IMG/VR virus record: IMGVR_UViG_3300045988_063404
DNA from: a virus
DNA length: 41,557 bases
Direction: 5' to 3' (one strand)
Made by a program: the position numbers and the translations under genes. Below the pieces are notes generated by a model. It saw only the letters and a list, made by a program, of their open reading frames with translations. It was not told the DNA's origin and made no database searches. Below, in pieces: positions 16,270-24,573 of the stretch. Position 1 is the stretch's first letter; every line of letters starts with the position of its first letter.

Positions 16270-16458
16270 TTGGATAACATTAAGATTCCTTATGTACATG
16301 AAAATATTGTGAAGTATCTTGATAACTTGTATAACTTTGATTCTCTGTTGTATACCCTTAAAGATGAACCAGCTGAATACAAGATTGGCTACATTAAGGG
16401 AGCTAGGGATATTATCAATCATTTACGGTCAATTGCTGAAGAGCAGAATGAGAGGTGA
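16270..16458 (+). CDS. Hypothetical protein (62 aa)
   Basis: TTG 16270 lies 8-9 nt after GAGGAGG. The TTG 16240 start in the ORF track lies inside the promoter, upstream of the predicted +1. Confidence 0.5.
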   Translation: MDNIKIPYVHENIVKYLDNLYNFDSLLYTLKDEPAEYKIGYIKGARDIINHLRSIAEEQNER

Positions 16459-16459
16459 T

Positions 16460-16681
16460 ATGGTGTGTTTTTGGAGTACACCTAAAATTCCCAAACCGTC
16501 TGTTACTGCCAGAGAGCTAACACCTTCTACTGAATCCTCCACACCAAACTCTCCTGTATTTGGGGGTACGGATGATTGGAAGCAGAAACGAAGAGGTTCT
16601 CAGGCATTACAGATCAGGCGGGGAGACACAAGTATGAATAATAAAGTTAATGTAAATGACACAGGAGGTTGGAATATTTAA
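16460..16681 (+). CDS. T7 gp6.7-like virion protein
   Basis: MVCFWSTPKIPKP...SPVFGG resembles T7 gp6.7 MCFSPKIKTPK...SVEFGG. The ATG follows the upstream stop by 1 nt. Confidence 0.7.
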   Translation: MVCFWSTPKIPKPSVTARELTPSTESSTPNSPVFGGTDDWKQKRRGSQALQIRRGDTSMNNKVNVNDTGGWNI

Positions 16682-16683
16682 TT

Positions 16684-16947
16684 ATGGGAAAAGTTGGTAA
16701 AGTTATCTCAGCGCCATTCAGAGCAGTTGGTAACCTTTTTGGTGCAGGTGGCAGAACCACAACTGTGCAACAGTCAACAGCTTCAGCAGCAGCTCCAGCA
16801 GCAGCAGACGCACAGAATAATGACACAAACATAGACACTGATGCAGCTAAGCGTAAGAAGAAAGCTATGGGCAAAAAGAGTCTTATGATTGGTACTGGTT
16901 CCGATTCGGCCGGAGGTGGCACAACAGGAACTGGTCTTAACATTTAA
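16684..16947 (+). CDS. T7 gp7.3-like tail/host-range protein
   Basis: MGKVGKV... Ala/Gly-rich, with KKKAMGKKSL and the C-terminal GGGTTGTGLNI, versus T7 gp7.3 MGKKVKK..., GGKKSLSV and ...GGGINI. The ATG lies 2 nt after the preceding stop. Confidence 0.7.
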   Translation: MGKVGKVISAPFRAVGNLFGAGGRTTTVQQSTASAAAPAAADAQNNDTNIDTDAAKRKKKAMGKKSLMIGTGSDSAGGGTTGTGLNI

Positions 16948-16964
16948 GCAGGGTGATAAAAATA

Positions 16965-18500
16965 ATGAAGAAAGAAACAACTTTTAATCATGAAGAGACA
17001 GCAAAGTCTATTTATGAAAGGTTGTCTTCTGATCGCTCTCCATATGTAACTAGAGCAGAAGATTGTGCTACATATACAATTCCTTCACTCTTTCCTAAAG
17101 ATGGTTCTAATGGGTCTTCTACCTTCGATACGCCTTACCAAAGTATTGGGGCTAGAGGTGTAAACAATCTAGGGTCTAAACTTATGTTGGCTCTGTTTCC
17201 TCCGAACGACACTTTCTTTAGACTTACACCTGGTGACGATGCAGCAGGTGACCTTGCGAATCATCCTGAAATGAGAGAGCAGGTTGAACAGGCTTTAGCT
17301 AATCTTGAACAGAAAGCAATTCAGTATGCAGAGACACATCAATATAGAGTTACCCTTGCAGAAGCTATTAAGGTGTTGGTAGTTACTGGCAACTGTCTGC
17401 TCTTCTTACCTCCAAAGGAAGGAGGGATGAAGCTCTATAAGTTAAATTCTTATGTTCTTCAGAGAGATGCTTTAGGTAACGTAGTACAGCTTGTAGCTAT
17501 GGATAAGATTGCCTTTGCTGCTCTTCCAGATGATGTAAAGGGTATGGTAACTCGTGGTGGGGAAGATAAGAAACCAGAAGATATTATTACTCTCTATACA
17601 CATGTCTATCTTAATAAGGATGTATTCTACTCTTATCAGGAAGTTAATGGTGAGGTAGTGAAAGGGTCTGAACAGCAATATCCAAAAGAAAAGACACCAT
17701 GGATTCCTTTACGTATGGTAAAGGTGGATGGGGAGTCGTACGGCAGATCTTTTGTAGAGGAATATCTTGGTGATCTTAGATCTCTTGAAGCCCTCTCTAA
17801 GGCGATTGTGGAAATGTCTGCAATCTGTGCTAACGTACTCTACTTAGTCAACCCTAACGGTATTACAAGACCCTTTAAGTTGGCAAAGGCTAAATCGGGA
17901 AGCTTTGTACCAGGAAGACCAGATGATGTACAGGCTCTTCAGTTGAACAAAGGAGCAGATCTTCAGGTAGCAGCATCAACTGTTACCATGCTCTCTGACC
18001 GCTTGTCTTTTGCATTTATGCTTAACTCAGCTGTCCAGAGGAATGGGGATCGAGTAACTGCCGAAGAAATCAGGTACATTGCATCGGAGTTGGAAGACAC
18101 ATTGGGTGGTGTCTACTCTATTCTCTCTCAGGAGCTTCAGTTGCCTCTTGTAAGAAGACTTTTGATACAACTGGAAGGAGCTGGTCAGATCCCAGATCTT
18201 GAGGGGTTGGTTGAACCAACTATTACTACTGGTCTGGCTGCTATTGGCAGGGGTCACGACTTCAATAAAATGATGACATTCAGTCAGATTGTTAGTCAGA
18301 ATCCAGCAATGGCTCAGGTTATAAACTGGACTGTTATGGCTGAAAGAATGGCTAATGGTCTTTCTATCAATACTGAAAACTTGATTAAGACACCAGAACA
18401 GCTTCAGCAGGAACAGCAGCAGAGCCAGATGGCAGAAATGGCTACAAGAGCAGCACCCCAGATGGCTGCTGGTATGATGAAAAATGAAGAAGGAGAATGA
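16965..18500 (+). CDS. Portal (head-tail connector) protein (T7 gp8-like)
   Basis: AKSIYERLSSDRSPYVTRAEDCATYTIPSLFP versus T7 AKSVYERLKNDRAPYETRAQNCAQYTIPSLFP. I prefer ATG 16965 over GTG 16953. Confidence 0.95.
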   Translation: MKKETTFNHEETAKSIYERLSSDRSPYVTRAEDCATYTIPSLFPKDGSNGSSTFDTPYQSIGARGVNNLGSKLMLALFPPNDTFFRLTPGDDAAGDLANHPEMREQVEQALANLEQKAIQYAETHQYRVTLAEAIKVLVVTGNCLLFLPPKEGGMKLYKLNSYVLQRDALGNVVQLVAMDKIAFAALPDDVKGMVTRGGEDKKPEDIITLYTHVYLNKDVFYSYQEVNGEVVKGSEQQYPKEKTPWIPLRMVKVDGESYGRSFVEEYLGDLRSLEALSKAIVEMSAICANVLYLVNPNGITRPFKLAKAKSGSFVPGRPDDVQALQLNKGADLQVAASTVTMLSDRLSFAFMLNSAVQRNGDRVTAEEIRYIASELEDTLGGVYSILSQELQLPLVRRLLIQLEGAGQIPDLEGLVEPTITTGLAAIGRGHDFNKMMTFSQIVSQNPAMAQVINWTVMAERMANGLSINTENLIKTPEQLQQEQQQSQMAEMATRAAPQMAAGMMKNEEGE

Positions 18501-18502
18501 TT

Positions 18503-19276
18503 ATGGAAGGTGAAGAACAGGTAATGAACACTACTCCAGATGTAGATGCTGGTGAAGTGGTTGATACAGGAAAGACTTCTGAAAAGGAAGCTATTGATAC
18601 TCTTGAAGAACATAAAAATGTTGAAATCACCGACAATGGAGAAAAGGTAGACACAAAAGAGAAAGAGTCTCCAGAAAAGAAAGCTGAAGACAAAACTCCT
18701 GAAGAGACTATTAAGGAAGTTGAACAGGGTGTCAAAGACCAGAAACAGGCAGAGCAGGATGTAAAGAATGATCTCTCTGCTAAAGGTGTTGACTATGATG
18801 CTCTTTCTAAAGAGTATGAAGAAAATGGCAAACTTTCTGATGAGTCTATGAAGGCTCTTAAAGGAGCGGGATATCCTGAAACTGTCGTAAAGGCATTTAT
18901 AAAGGGATTTGAAGCGCAGGTCAATGAGTTCACTAATGCAGTCTATAAGATGGCTGGTGGTGAAAAGGAGTACGGTAGGCTCTGTGAGTTTATCAAAGGT
19001 CTTGGTGAAGCTGATGCTCAGGCATTTAATGAAACCATTGACTCTGGTAGTCTGACTCAGCTGTCTGCTCTTATCAATGGCTACAAAGCACAAATGACAA
19101 CTAAATATGGAACGTCTAATCGCTCTATCCTTGGAGGTGCTAATACGGTCGAAAACAAAGGCTTTAATAGCAAAGATGCTATGGTTAAAGCCATGAACGA
19201 CTCACGTTATGGTGTAGATATGGCATACACAGAAAAGGTACAGCGTATGACAATGCAGTCCACATTCTTGGGCTAA
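18503..19276 (+). CDS. Capsid assembly (scaffolding) protein (T7 gp9-like)
   Basis: Acidic, Glu/Lys-rich protein between portal and capsid. ATG 18503 lies 7 nt after AGGAG; ATG 18497 is also possible. Confidence 0.8.
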   Translation: MEGEEQVMNTTPDVDAGEVVDTGKTSEKEAIDTLEEHKNVEITDNGEKVDTKEKESPEKKAEDKTPEETIKEVEQGVKDQKQAEQDVKNDLSAKGVDYDALSKEYEENGKLSDESMKALKGAGYPETVVKAFIKGFEAQVNEFTNAVYKMAGGEKEYGRLCEFIKGLGEADAQAFNETIDSGSLTQLSALINGYKAQMTTKYGTSNRSILGGANTVENKGFNSKDAMVKAMNDSRYGVDMAYTEKVQRMTMQSTFLG

Positions 19277-19312
19277 TTATTATTTTATTTTTTATTAAAA
19301 GGAGTTGATTTA

Positions 19313-20302
19313 ATGGCAGATATAACTGTCGCACAGCCCGGTCTTATTCAGGGTACTTCTGATGCACTGGGTGCTTATCTGAAGGTATTTGCAGGTGAAA
19401 CTCTTGCAGCCTTCTCTCGTTCTTCCGTTACTATGGGGAGACACATTGTTCGTACTATTTCTTCAGGCAAATCTAGTCAGTTTCCAGTTTTTGGTCGTGC
19501 TGATGCTGCTTACCTGAAACCTGGTAAGTCTCTTGATGATATTCGTCAGAACATTCCAACTGGTGAAAAGGTAATCGTAATTGATGGTCTTTTGACTACT
19601 TCTCAGATGATTCCAGATATTGATGAAGCCCTGTCTCACTTTGATGTACGTTCTGAATATACCAAACAGATGGGTGAAGCACTTGCTCTGAAGATGGATG
19701 GAGCTGTCCTTGCTGAAGCTGCTAAGATGGTAGTAGCTAACAAGGAAAATCTTACTGGTCTTGGTAAAGGTGAAATCATCACTAAAAAGATTGCAGCAGC
19801 AGATATTGGTGTTACCGAAGCTGAAGGTAAAGCTATTGTTCAGTCACTTCTGGAAATTAAGGCTAAAATGTCTAATAATTACGTTCCAGAATCTGAACGC
19901 TATGTCTTCATGACACCGACTGCTCGTACCTCTCTTATTGCATCTCTTGTGGCTATTAATCGTGACTATGGTGGTGTTGCTTCTATTACGGAAGGTGACA
20001 TTCTCCGTATCGCAGGGTTTGATATCATTGAATGCCCACATCTGACTATGGGGGGTGCTGAAGTTAATGAGGGACTGCTTCAGGGTACAGGTCATGTATT
20101 CCCGGCTGATTACAAGGATAAATGTGCCTTCATTGCAATGCACAAGTCCGCAGTCGGTACTGTGAAATTGCGTGATCTGAAGCTCGAACGTGCAAGACGA
20201 GCTGAATATCAGGCTGATATGCTGGCTGCTTCTTATGCCGTTGGTCATGGTGGCCTTCGTCCAGAAGCAGCTTACATGGGATGCATTGAAGCATCTGTGT
20301 AA
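19313..20302 (+). CDS. Major capsid protein (T7 gp10-like)
   Basis: LKVFAGETLAAFSRSSVTMGRHIVRTISSGKSSQFPVFGR, SAVGTVKLRDLKLERARRAEYQAD and GHGGLRPEAA are close to T7 gp10A. Confidence 0.97.
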   Translation: MADITVAQPGLIQGTSDALGAYLKVFAGETLAAFSRSSVTMGRHIVRTISSGKSSQFPVFGRADAAYLKPGKSLDDIRQNIPTGEKVIVIDGLLTTSQMIPDIDEALSHFDVRSEYTKQMGEALALKMDGAVLAEAAKMVVANKENLTGLGKGEIITKKIAAADIGVTEAEGKAIVQSLLEIKAKMSNNYVPESERYVFMTPTARTSLIASLVAINRDYGGVASITEGDILRIAGFDIIECPHLTMGGAEVNEGLLQGTGHVFPADYKDKCAFIAMHKSAVGTVKLRDLKLERARRAEYQADMLAASYAVGHGGLRPEAAYMGCIEASV

Positions 20303-20341
20303 TGGTTAGTCGAGTATAGAGATATACTCAAAATATAAAAA

Positions 20342-20371
20342 GGGGTCGTATAGCTAATACTGTATGACCCC
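20342..20371 (+). terminator. Strong hairpin after the capsid gene (T7 Tphi-position terminator candidate)
   Basis: GGGGTCGTATAG (20342-20353) pairs with CTGTATGACCCC (20360-20371) in a 12-bp stem with two G-U pairs. The loop is CTAATA and it is followed by TTATAT. Confidence 0.6.
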
Positions 20372-20377
20372 TTATAT

Positions 20378-20439
20378 GTCCCTTTAGTTTAATGGTAGAA
20401 CACTTGTAGATTTGGGTTCGAGTCCCAAAAGGAACACCA
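20378..20439 (+). ncRNA. tRNA-derived / tRNA-like element with encoded CCA but no anticodon arm
   Basis: The acceptor stem pairs GTCCCTT with AAGGAAC (one C-A mismatch). The D-arm is GTTT-AATGGTA-GAAC and the T-arm is TTGGG-TTCGAGT-CCCAA, followed by discriminator A and CCA. Only 9 nt (CTTGTAGAT) occupy the place where the anticodon arm and variable loop (about 22 nt) should be. Confidence 0.6.
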
Positions 20440-20475
20440 CAACTATTTATTTATTTTAAAAAGAAAGGAGCTACT

Positions 20476-21045
20476 ATGATTCTTACATCTAATAAAGCTC
20501 TTGAAGCTATCAATGATATGTTAGCAGCGGTAGGAGAAGCTCCTGTCAATTCTCTTGAAGACTCACAGAATGTCGATGTTGAGAACGCCATTAGAATCTT
20601 AGAGAGAGTCAACAGACAGGTGCAGTCTAAGGGGTGGTCTTTCAATCATATTGAAGACACCTATCTGAATGTTGATATTTTGACTAATAAAATTAAATGG
20701 CAGGATGATCTTCTTTACATTGTAGGAACTGATGGCACAAAGTACATCCAAAGGGGAGACTATGTATATGACTTTGATAATCAAACAGACACATTTGACT
20801 CTAACATTGAAGTAGAGATTATTAGACTCGTAGACTTTGACTACATGCCTTCAGTAGCTAGAGACTACATTGTAGCTAAGGCATCTCGTATATTTCAGTC
20901 TCAGACGCTTGATGATGATAGCATTGGTCAGAATCTTATGTATCAGGAAAAAGAAGCATGGGCAGCACTTCAGGAATATGAAATGGAACTTGGAGACTAT
21001 TCTATGTTTGGTATTCAGCCTGTACAGATCTTAAAGGAACGATAA
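20476..21045 (+). CDS. Tail tubular protein A (T7 gp11-like)
   Basis: INDMLAAVGEAPVNSLE and RVNRQVQSKGWSFN versus T7 VNDILASIGEPPVSTLE and KINRQIQSRGWTFN. Confidence 0.93.
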   Translation: MILTSNKALEAINDMLAAVGEAPVNSLEDSQNVDVENAIRILERVNRQVQSKGWSFNHIEDTYLNVDILTNKIKWQDDLLYIVGTDGTKYIQRGDYVYDFDNQTDTFDSNIEVEIIRLVDFDYMPSVARDYIVAKASRIFQSQTLDDDSIGQNLMYQEKEAWAALQEYEMELGDYSMFGIQPVQILKER

Positions 21046-21046
21046 A

Positions 21047-23419
21047 ATGAAAAATACACGAATTTCACAGACCATTAAGAACTTAATATCTGGAATTTCT
21101 CAGCAACCAGATCTTCTTAGGCTTCCTGGGCAGCTTGCTCAGCAGGTCAATGGATTCTCTACGGAGTCTGCTGGCCTACAAAAAAGACCACCAACCCTCT
21201 ATGTGAGTGATCTGGGGTCTGAACCTACTAATGCCAATTCTCTGGTACACATTGTAAACAGAGATGAAACTGAAAAGTATGTCATGCTCTTTGATGGGTC
21301 TTCGGTAAAGGTCTGGGATGATCATGGTAAGACATATGATGTAAAATACGAAGGAGATGGGCAAGCATATATTACAGTTGATAATCCTAAAAAGTCTATT
21401 AGACTTGTCACCATTGCTGATTATACTTTTATCGTAAATAGAGACAAAGTAGTCAAAATGGGGAATACTCCAGTTCCATATTATTGGGATGATCATTCAT
21501 GCCTTGTCAATGTCAAATCTGGTCAGTATGGTAGAACATACCAGATTATTATTAATGGACAAACGATTGCATCTTTTACAACTCCTAATGGGGATAGTGC
21601 AGATCAGACTCAACAGATTGATACAAACTACATTAGAGATCGTTTAGCAGATTCAGCTGCTTCTAATCACTGGAATGTAGAAAAATATAATTCATGCTTG
21701 TACTTACGAAAAGATGATGTGAGTATTCAGAGTGTCAAATGTATTGATGGTTTCAATGGGTTTGGAATGTTTGGTTTCTTCCATACAGCCCAGAAGTTTA
21801 CAAACTTACCTACGGAAGCTAAAGACGGCTATACATTAAAGGTATTGGGGGACAATGGGTCTGGTTCAGATGACTATTATGTCTCATATAAGGCTTCTGA
21901 AAACGTCTGGAAGGAATGTGCTAAGCCAGGTATTATTGCAGGTTATGACAACTCTACAATGCCACATGTCATGACCAGAAATGCCGATGGTTCATTTACG
22001 GTAAAGCCAGCAGAGTGGGATGATAGAGATACCGGGGATGAGGACTCAAACTCTAATCCTTCTTTTGTTGATGGAAAGATCAATGATGTATTCCTCTTTA
22101 GAAATCGTTTAGGATTTATTAGCGGTGAAAATATTATCCTTTCTAGATCAGCTTCCTTCTTTAATTTCTGGATGGGGTCTGCCGTAGAGGTACAGGATAC
22201 AGACCCGATTGACTTGGCTGTGTCTAATAATGAGGTAGACACACTTTATCACGCTGTACCCTTTGCTCAGGACTTGGTACTGTTTTCAGCTAACTCTCAG
22301 TTCATTATGGAAGCTAATGGGGTATTGACACCTCAGAATGCTGCTGCTCCTCTAGCTACTCAATTTACTTCGGCTAAAGAAGTAAAGCCAGTGGGGGCTG
22401 GACGAAGAATGTACTTCATAGTTAAGAGAGCTGAGTTTTCTTCAATGAACGAATACTATACCATGAATGATACGCAAGGTACTAAAGATGCACAAGATGT
22501 ATCTTCCCATGTACCTTCGTTTATCCCTAATGGTGTATATGAACTGTGTCCTTCTAACAATGAACATATATTACTTGTACTATCTTCTGGTAACACTTCC
22601 AGAATTTATGTGTACAAATATCTGTTCTCTGAAGAATCTCGATTGCAATCTTCTTGGTCTTATTGGGAATTTAAGGGAGCAACTATTTATGGTGGGGGTT
22701 TCTTTGATTCTACTTTCTATATGCTAGTCTCCAGAGCAGGGGAGTTGTTCATGGAGAAGATGATTTTCACCTATAATACTAAAGACTACAATGATGAGCC
22801 TTATAGAGTATTTCTGGATCGTAAAGCTGTGTCTGCTCCAATTGCTGATGAGAATTATGACGACATCAATGATAAGACTCATCTTCATATTGGTAATGCT
22901 TATGGTAATCATTTGTCTACTGGTGCAACTTATGGTATAGTTACATCTGATGGACACTATTATGAATTTAATTATAATGACGTAAAGAACGATAATGTAT
23001 ACATCAATAAAGACCTTAGGGGACAAAAGGTCACTTTTGGAGAAATCTTTACGTTCTATGTTCAGTTTTCTCAGCTTATCATTAAGCAACAAGGAACATC
23101 TGGCATTGTAGCAGAAGATGAAGGCAGACTTCAGGTTTCTCGAATGAAGATTAACTTTGAAAAATCTGGTTACTTTGAAGCACAGGTTAGGTATAACGAC
23201 TCCAGATCTCCACATGTATATTATCATACTGCTCGTATCTTAGGAACATCTAGTAATAAGATGAATGTTATGCCAATGGAAACTGGGTCTATGATTATTC
23301 CTATAATGAGTAAGAATAATAACTGTCAGGTATCTATTAAGACACAAGCTCCAACTGCTATGTCTCTTATGGGATTCACTTGGGAAGGTAATTACATCAA
23401 GAGGACTAGAACTATATGA
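21047..23419 (+). CDS. Tail tubular protein B (T7 gp12-like)
   Basis: 790 aa (T7 gp12 is about 794 aa), immediately after gp11, with the N-terminal ISGISQQP motif typical of gp12 homologues. Confidence 0.9.
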   Translation: MKNTRISQTIKNLISGISQQPDLLRLPGQLAQQVNGFSTESAGLQKRPPTLYVSDLGSEPTNANSLVHIVNRDETEKYVMLFDGSSVKVWDDHGKTYDVKYEGDGQAYITVDNPKKSIRLVTIADYTFIVNRDKVVKMGNTPVPYYWDDHSCLVNVKSGQYGRTYQIIINGQTIASFTTPNGDSADQTQQIDTNYIRDRLADSAASNHWNVEKYNSCLYLRKDDVSIQSVKCIDGFNGFGMFGFFHTAQKFTNLPTEAKDGYTLKVLGDNGSGSDDYYVSYKASENVWKECAKPGIIAGYDNSTMPHVMTRNADGSFTVKPAEWDDRDTGDEDSNSNPSFVDGKINDVFLFRNRLGFISGENIILSRSASFFNFWMGSAVEVQDTDPIDLAVSNNEVDTLYHAVPFAQDLVLFSANSQFIMEANGVLTPQNAAAPLATQFTSAKEVKPVGAGRRMYFIVKRAEFSSMNEYYTMNDTQGTKDAQDVSSHVPSFIPNGVYELCPSNNEHILLVLSSGNTSRIYVYKYLFSEESRLQSSWSYWEFKGATIYGGGFFDSTFYMLVSRAGELFMEKMIFTYNTKDYNDEPYRVFLDRKAVSAPIADENYDDINDKTHLHIGNAYGNHLSTGATYGIVTSDGHYYEFNYNDVKNDNVYINKDLRGQKVTFGEIFTFYVQFSQLIIKQQGTSGIVAEDEGRLQVSRMKINFEKSGYFEAQVRYNDSRSPHVYYHTARILGTSSNKMNVMPMETGSMIIPIMSKNNNCQVSIKTQAPTAMSLMGFTWEGNYIKRTRTI

Positions 23420-23874
23420 TAACTATTGATAAAGCTACAGAAAAAGATATTTTGGAATTTGCTGATAACATTAGACCAATGGATGCTGAAGAAGTAAAGG
23501 TGGTGTCTGGTAAACCCTTTAGGGAACATATGTATTACCTCATGAAGAACCTGAAGCATGTGAAGGTTATTCGCTGTGATGGGGTCTTACTTGGTATTGG
23601 TGGATGGTACAGAAAGATGCTTGATTGGGGTATTTACTCTCAAGGTGTCATAGGATGGATGCTTTTAACCAATGCAGTGAAAGAGCATAGTATAGCATTT
23701 CTTAGGTGGTCTAAAGAACTTGTAAAGACACTTTTGGAAGCTTATCCATTCATTACGAATACACTTTACATTAAGAACAAACTTCATATCAAATACTTAG
23801 ATTTCCTTGGAGCTAGTTTTCATCCAGACATATTTAGAAAGGATATACTACATTTTATTATTGAAAGGAGATAA
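23416..23874 (+). CDS. Internal virion protein A candidate (gp13 position)
   Basis: Called by synteny (between gp12 and gp14) and size (152 aa). ATGA overlap with the gp12 stop. I cannot confirm sequence similarity to gp13. Confidence 0.5.
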   Translation: MITIDKATEKDILEFADNIRPMDAEEVKVVSGKPFREHMYYLMKNLKHVKVIRCDGVLLGIGGWYRKMLDWGIYSQGVIGWMLLTNAVKEHSIAFLRWSKELVKTLLEAYPFITNTLYIKNKLHIKYLDFLGASFHPDIFRKDILHFIIERR

Positions 23875-23877
23875 TCT

Positions 23878-24561
23878 ATGTGTTGGTGGGCCATAGCAGC
23901 TCAGGTAGGAATGCAAGCATATGGGATGAGCCGACAATATAAGGAGCAGGCAAAATACTATGAAGCTCAGTCTCAGGGAGCAACTACTGAAATGAACTAT
24001 GCCTTTCAGAATTATGAACAGGAGAGGCAGGATGCTTATGATGCTGCTGTAAATGATATTATTAAAACACGAATTAACCAGATGCAGCTTAACTCACAGG
24101 TCAATGCTGCTGTCAATGAAGGTTATGCTGGTGGTGGTAGAACAGCAGATAGACTTATAAGAGCAGCTGATGCAGACACTTCTCGTTCTGTTGCTTCTGT
24201 TCAGGACAACTATTTGAGAAAGTCTAATGAAGTTGATCTTAATAAGGAAACTACTCTTCTATCTACAAAGGACTATATTGCTCAGTTGCAGAAACAGAGC
24301 GAGATCTCTAGGTATCAGAAGTTTTCAGATATTCTGTCTCTTGCTTCTACGGCATGGTCTGGATATAATGAATACAAGACACAGAAATCTGCTGCTGAGT
24401 CTAAAGGTGGTACATTTGACTTCTGGGGATCTCATAGTGCAGATACAAAAGAAACTGGGTCTTTCTTTACCTACAATGCCAATGCGCTGCCAACAATGGC
24501 AAACTATACGAACACTTATCATCATGGTAAACTTGTAAAGACCAAATATAATATTCCATGA
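23878..24561 (+). CDS. Internal virion protein B (T7 gp14-like)
   Basis: The N-terminus MCWWAIAAQVG versus T7 gp14 MCWAAAIPIA; Gln/Ala-rich; syntenic. Confidence 0.75.
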   Translation: MCWWAIAAQVGMQAYGMSRQYKEQAKYYEAQSQGATTEMNYAFQNYEQERQDAYDAAVNDIIKTRINQMQLNSQVNAAVNEGYAGGGRTADRLIRAADADTSRSVASVQDNYLRKSNEVDLNKETTLLSTKDYIAQLQKQSEISRYQKFSDILSLASTAWSGYNEYKTQKSAAESKGGTFDFWGSHSADTKETGSFFTYNANALPTMANYTNTYHHGKLVKTKYNIP

Positions 24562-24573
24562 TAGGAGGGATAA

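Noticed and set aside
10404-16681. Alternative-frame + strand ORFs nested in large genes. Examples: 5904-6113, 6201-6410, 7268-7633, 10404-10622, 10908-11213, 12787-13071, 13231-13470, 15113-15304, 16319-16459 (N-terminal part), 22467-22727, 24227-24538, 26531-26746, 30531-31127, 31710-31949, 32259-32453, 33325-33687, 35146-35433.
   Set aside because: They overlap well-supported genes in other frames, have no ribosome-binding sites and give biased, low-complexity translations. The 33325-33687 frame is simply the repeat region of the fibre gene read out of frame.
20260-20340. A gp10B-type programmed -1 frameshift extension of the capsid protein
   Set aside because: No slippery heptamer is obvious near the 3' end, and the -1 frame hits a stop within a few codons of the normal terminator.
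20378-20439. Calling this a functional tRNA gene (the linker contains GTA, which could be read as a Tyr anticodon)
   Set aside because: Only 9 nt lie between the D-arm and the T-arm. No 5-bp anticodon stem can be drawn in any register I tried, so it cannot be a decoding tRNA. It is reported instead as a tRNA-like element.
20378-20439. tRNA fragment as an attP site of a temperate phage
   Set aside because: No integrase, excisionase or repressor-like gene is visible anywhere in the window, and the genome organisation is that of a strictly lytic T7-type phage.
23416-23874. Calling the gp13-position protein a second GNAT acetyltransferase
   Set aside because: There is only a vague C-terminal resemblance (HIKYLDFLGASF) to GNAT C-termini and no clear motif A. 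The call is kept as a synteny-based internal virion protein A candidate.
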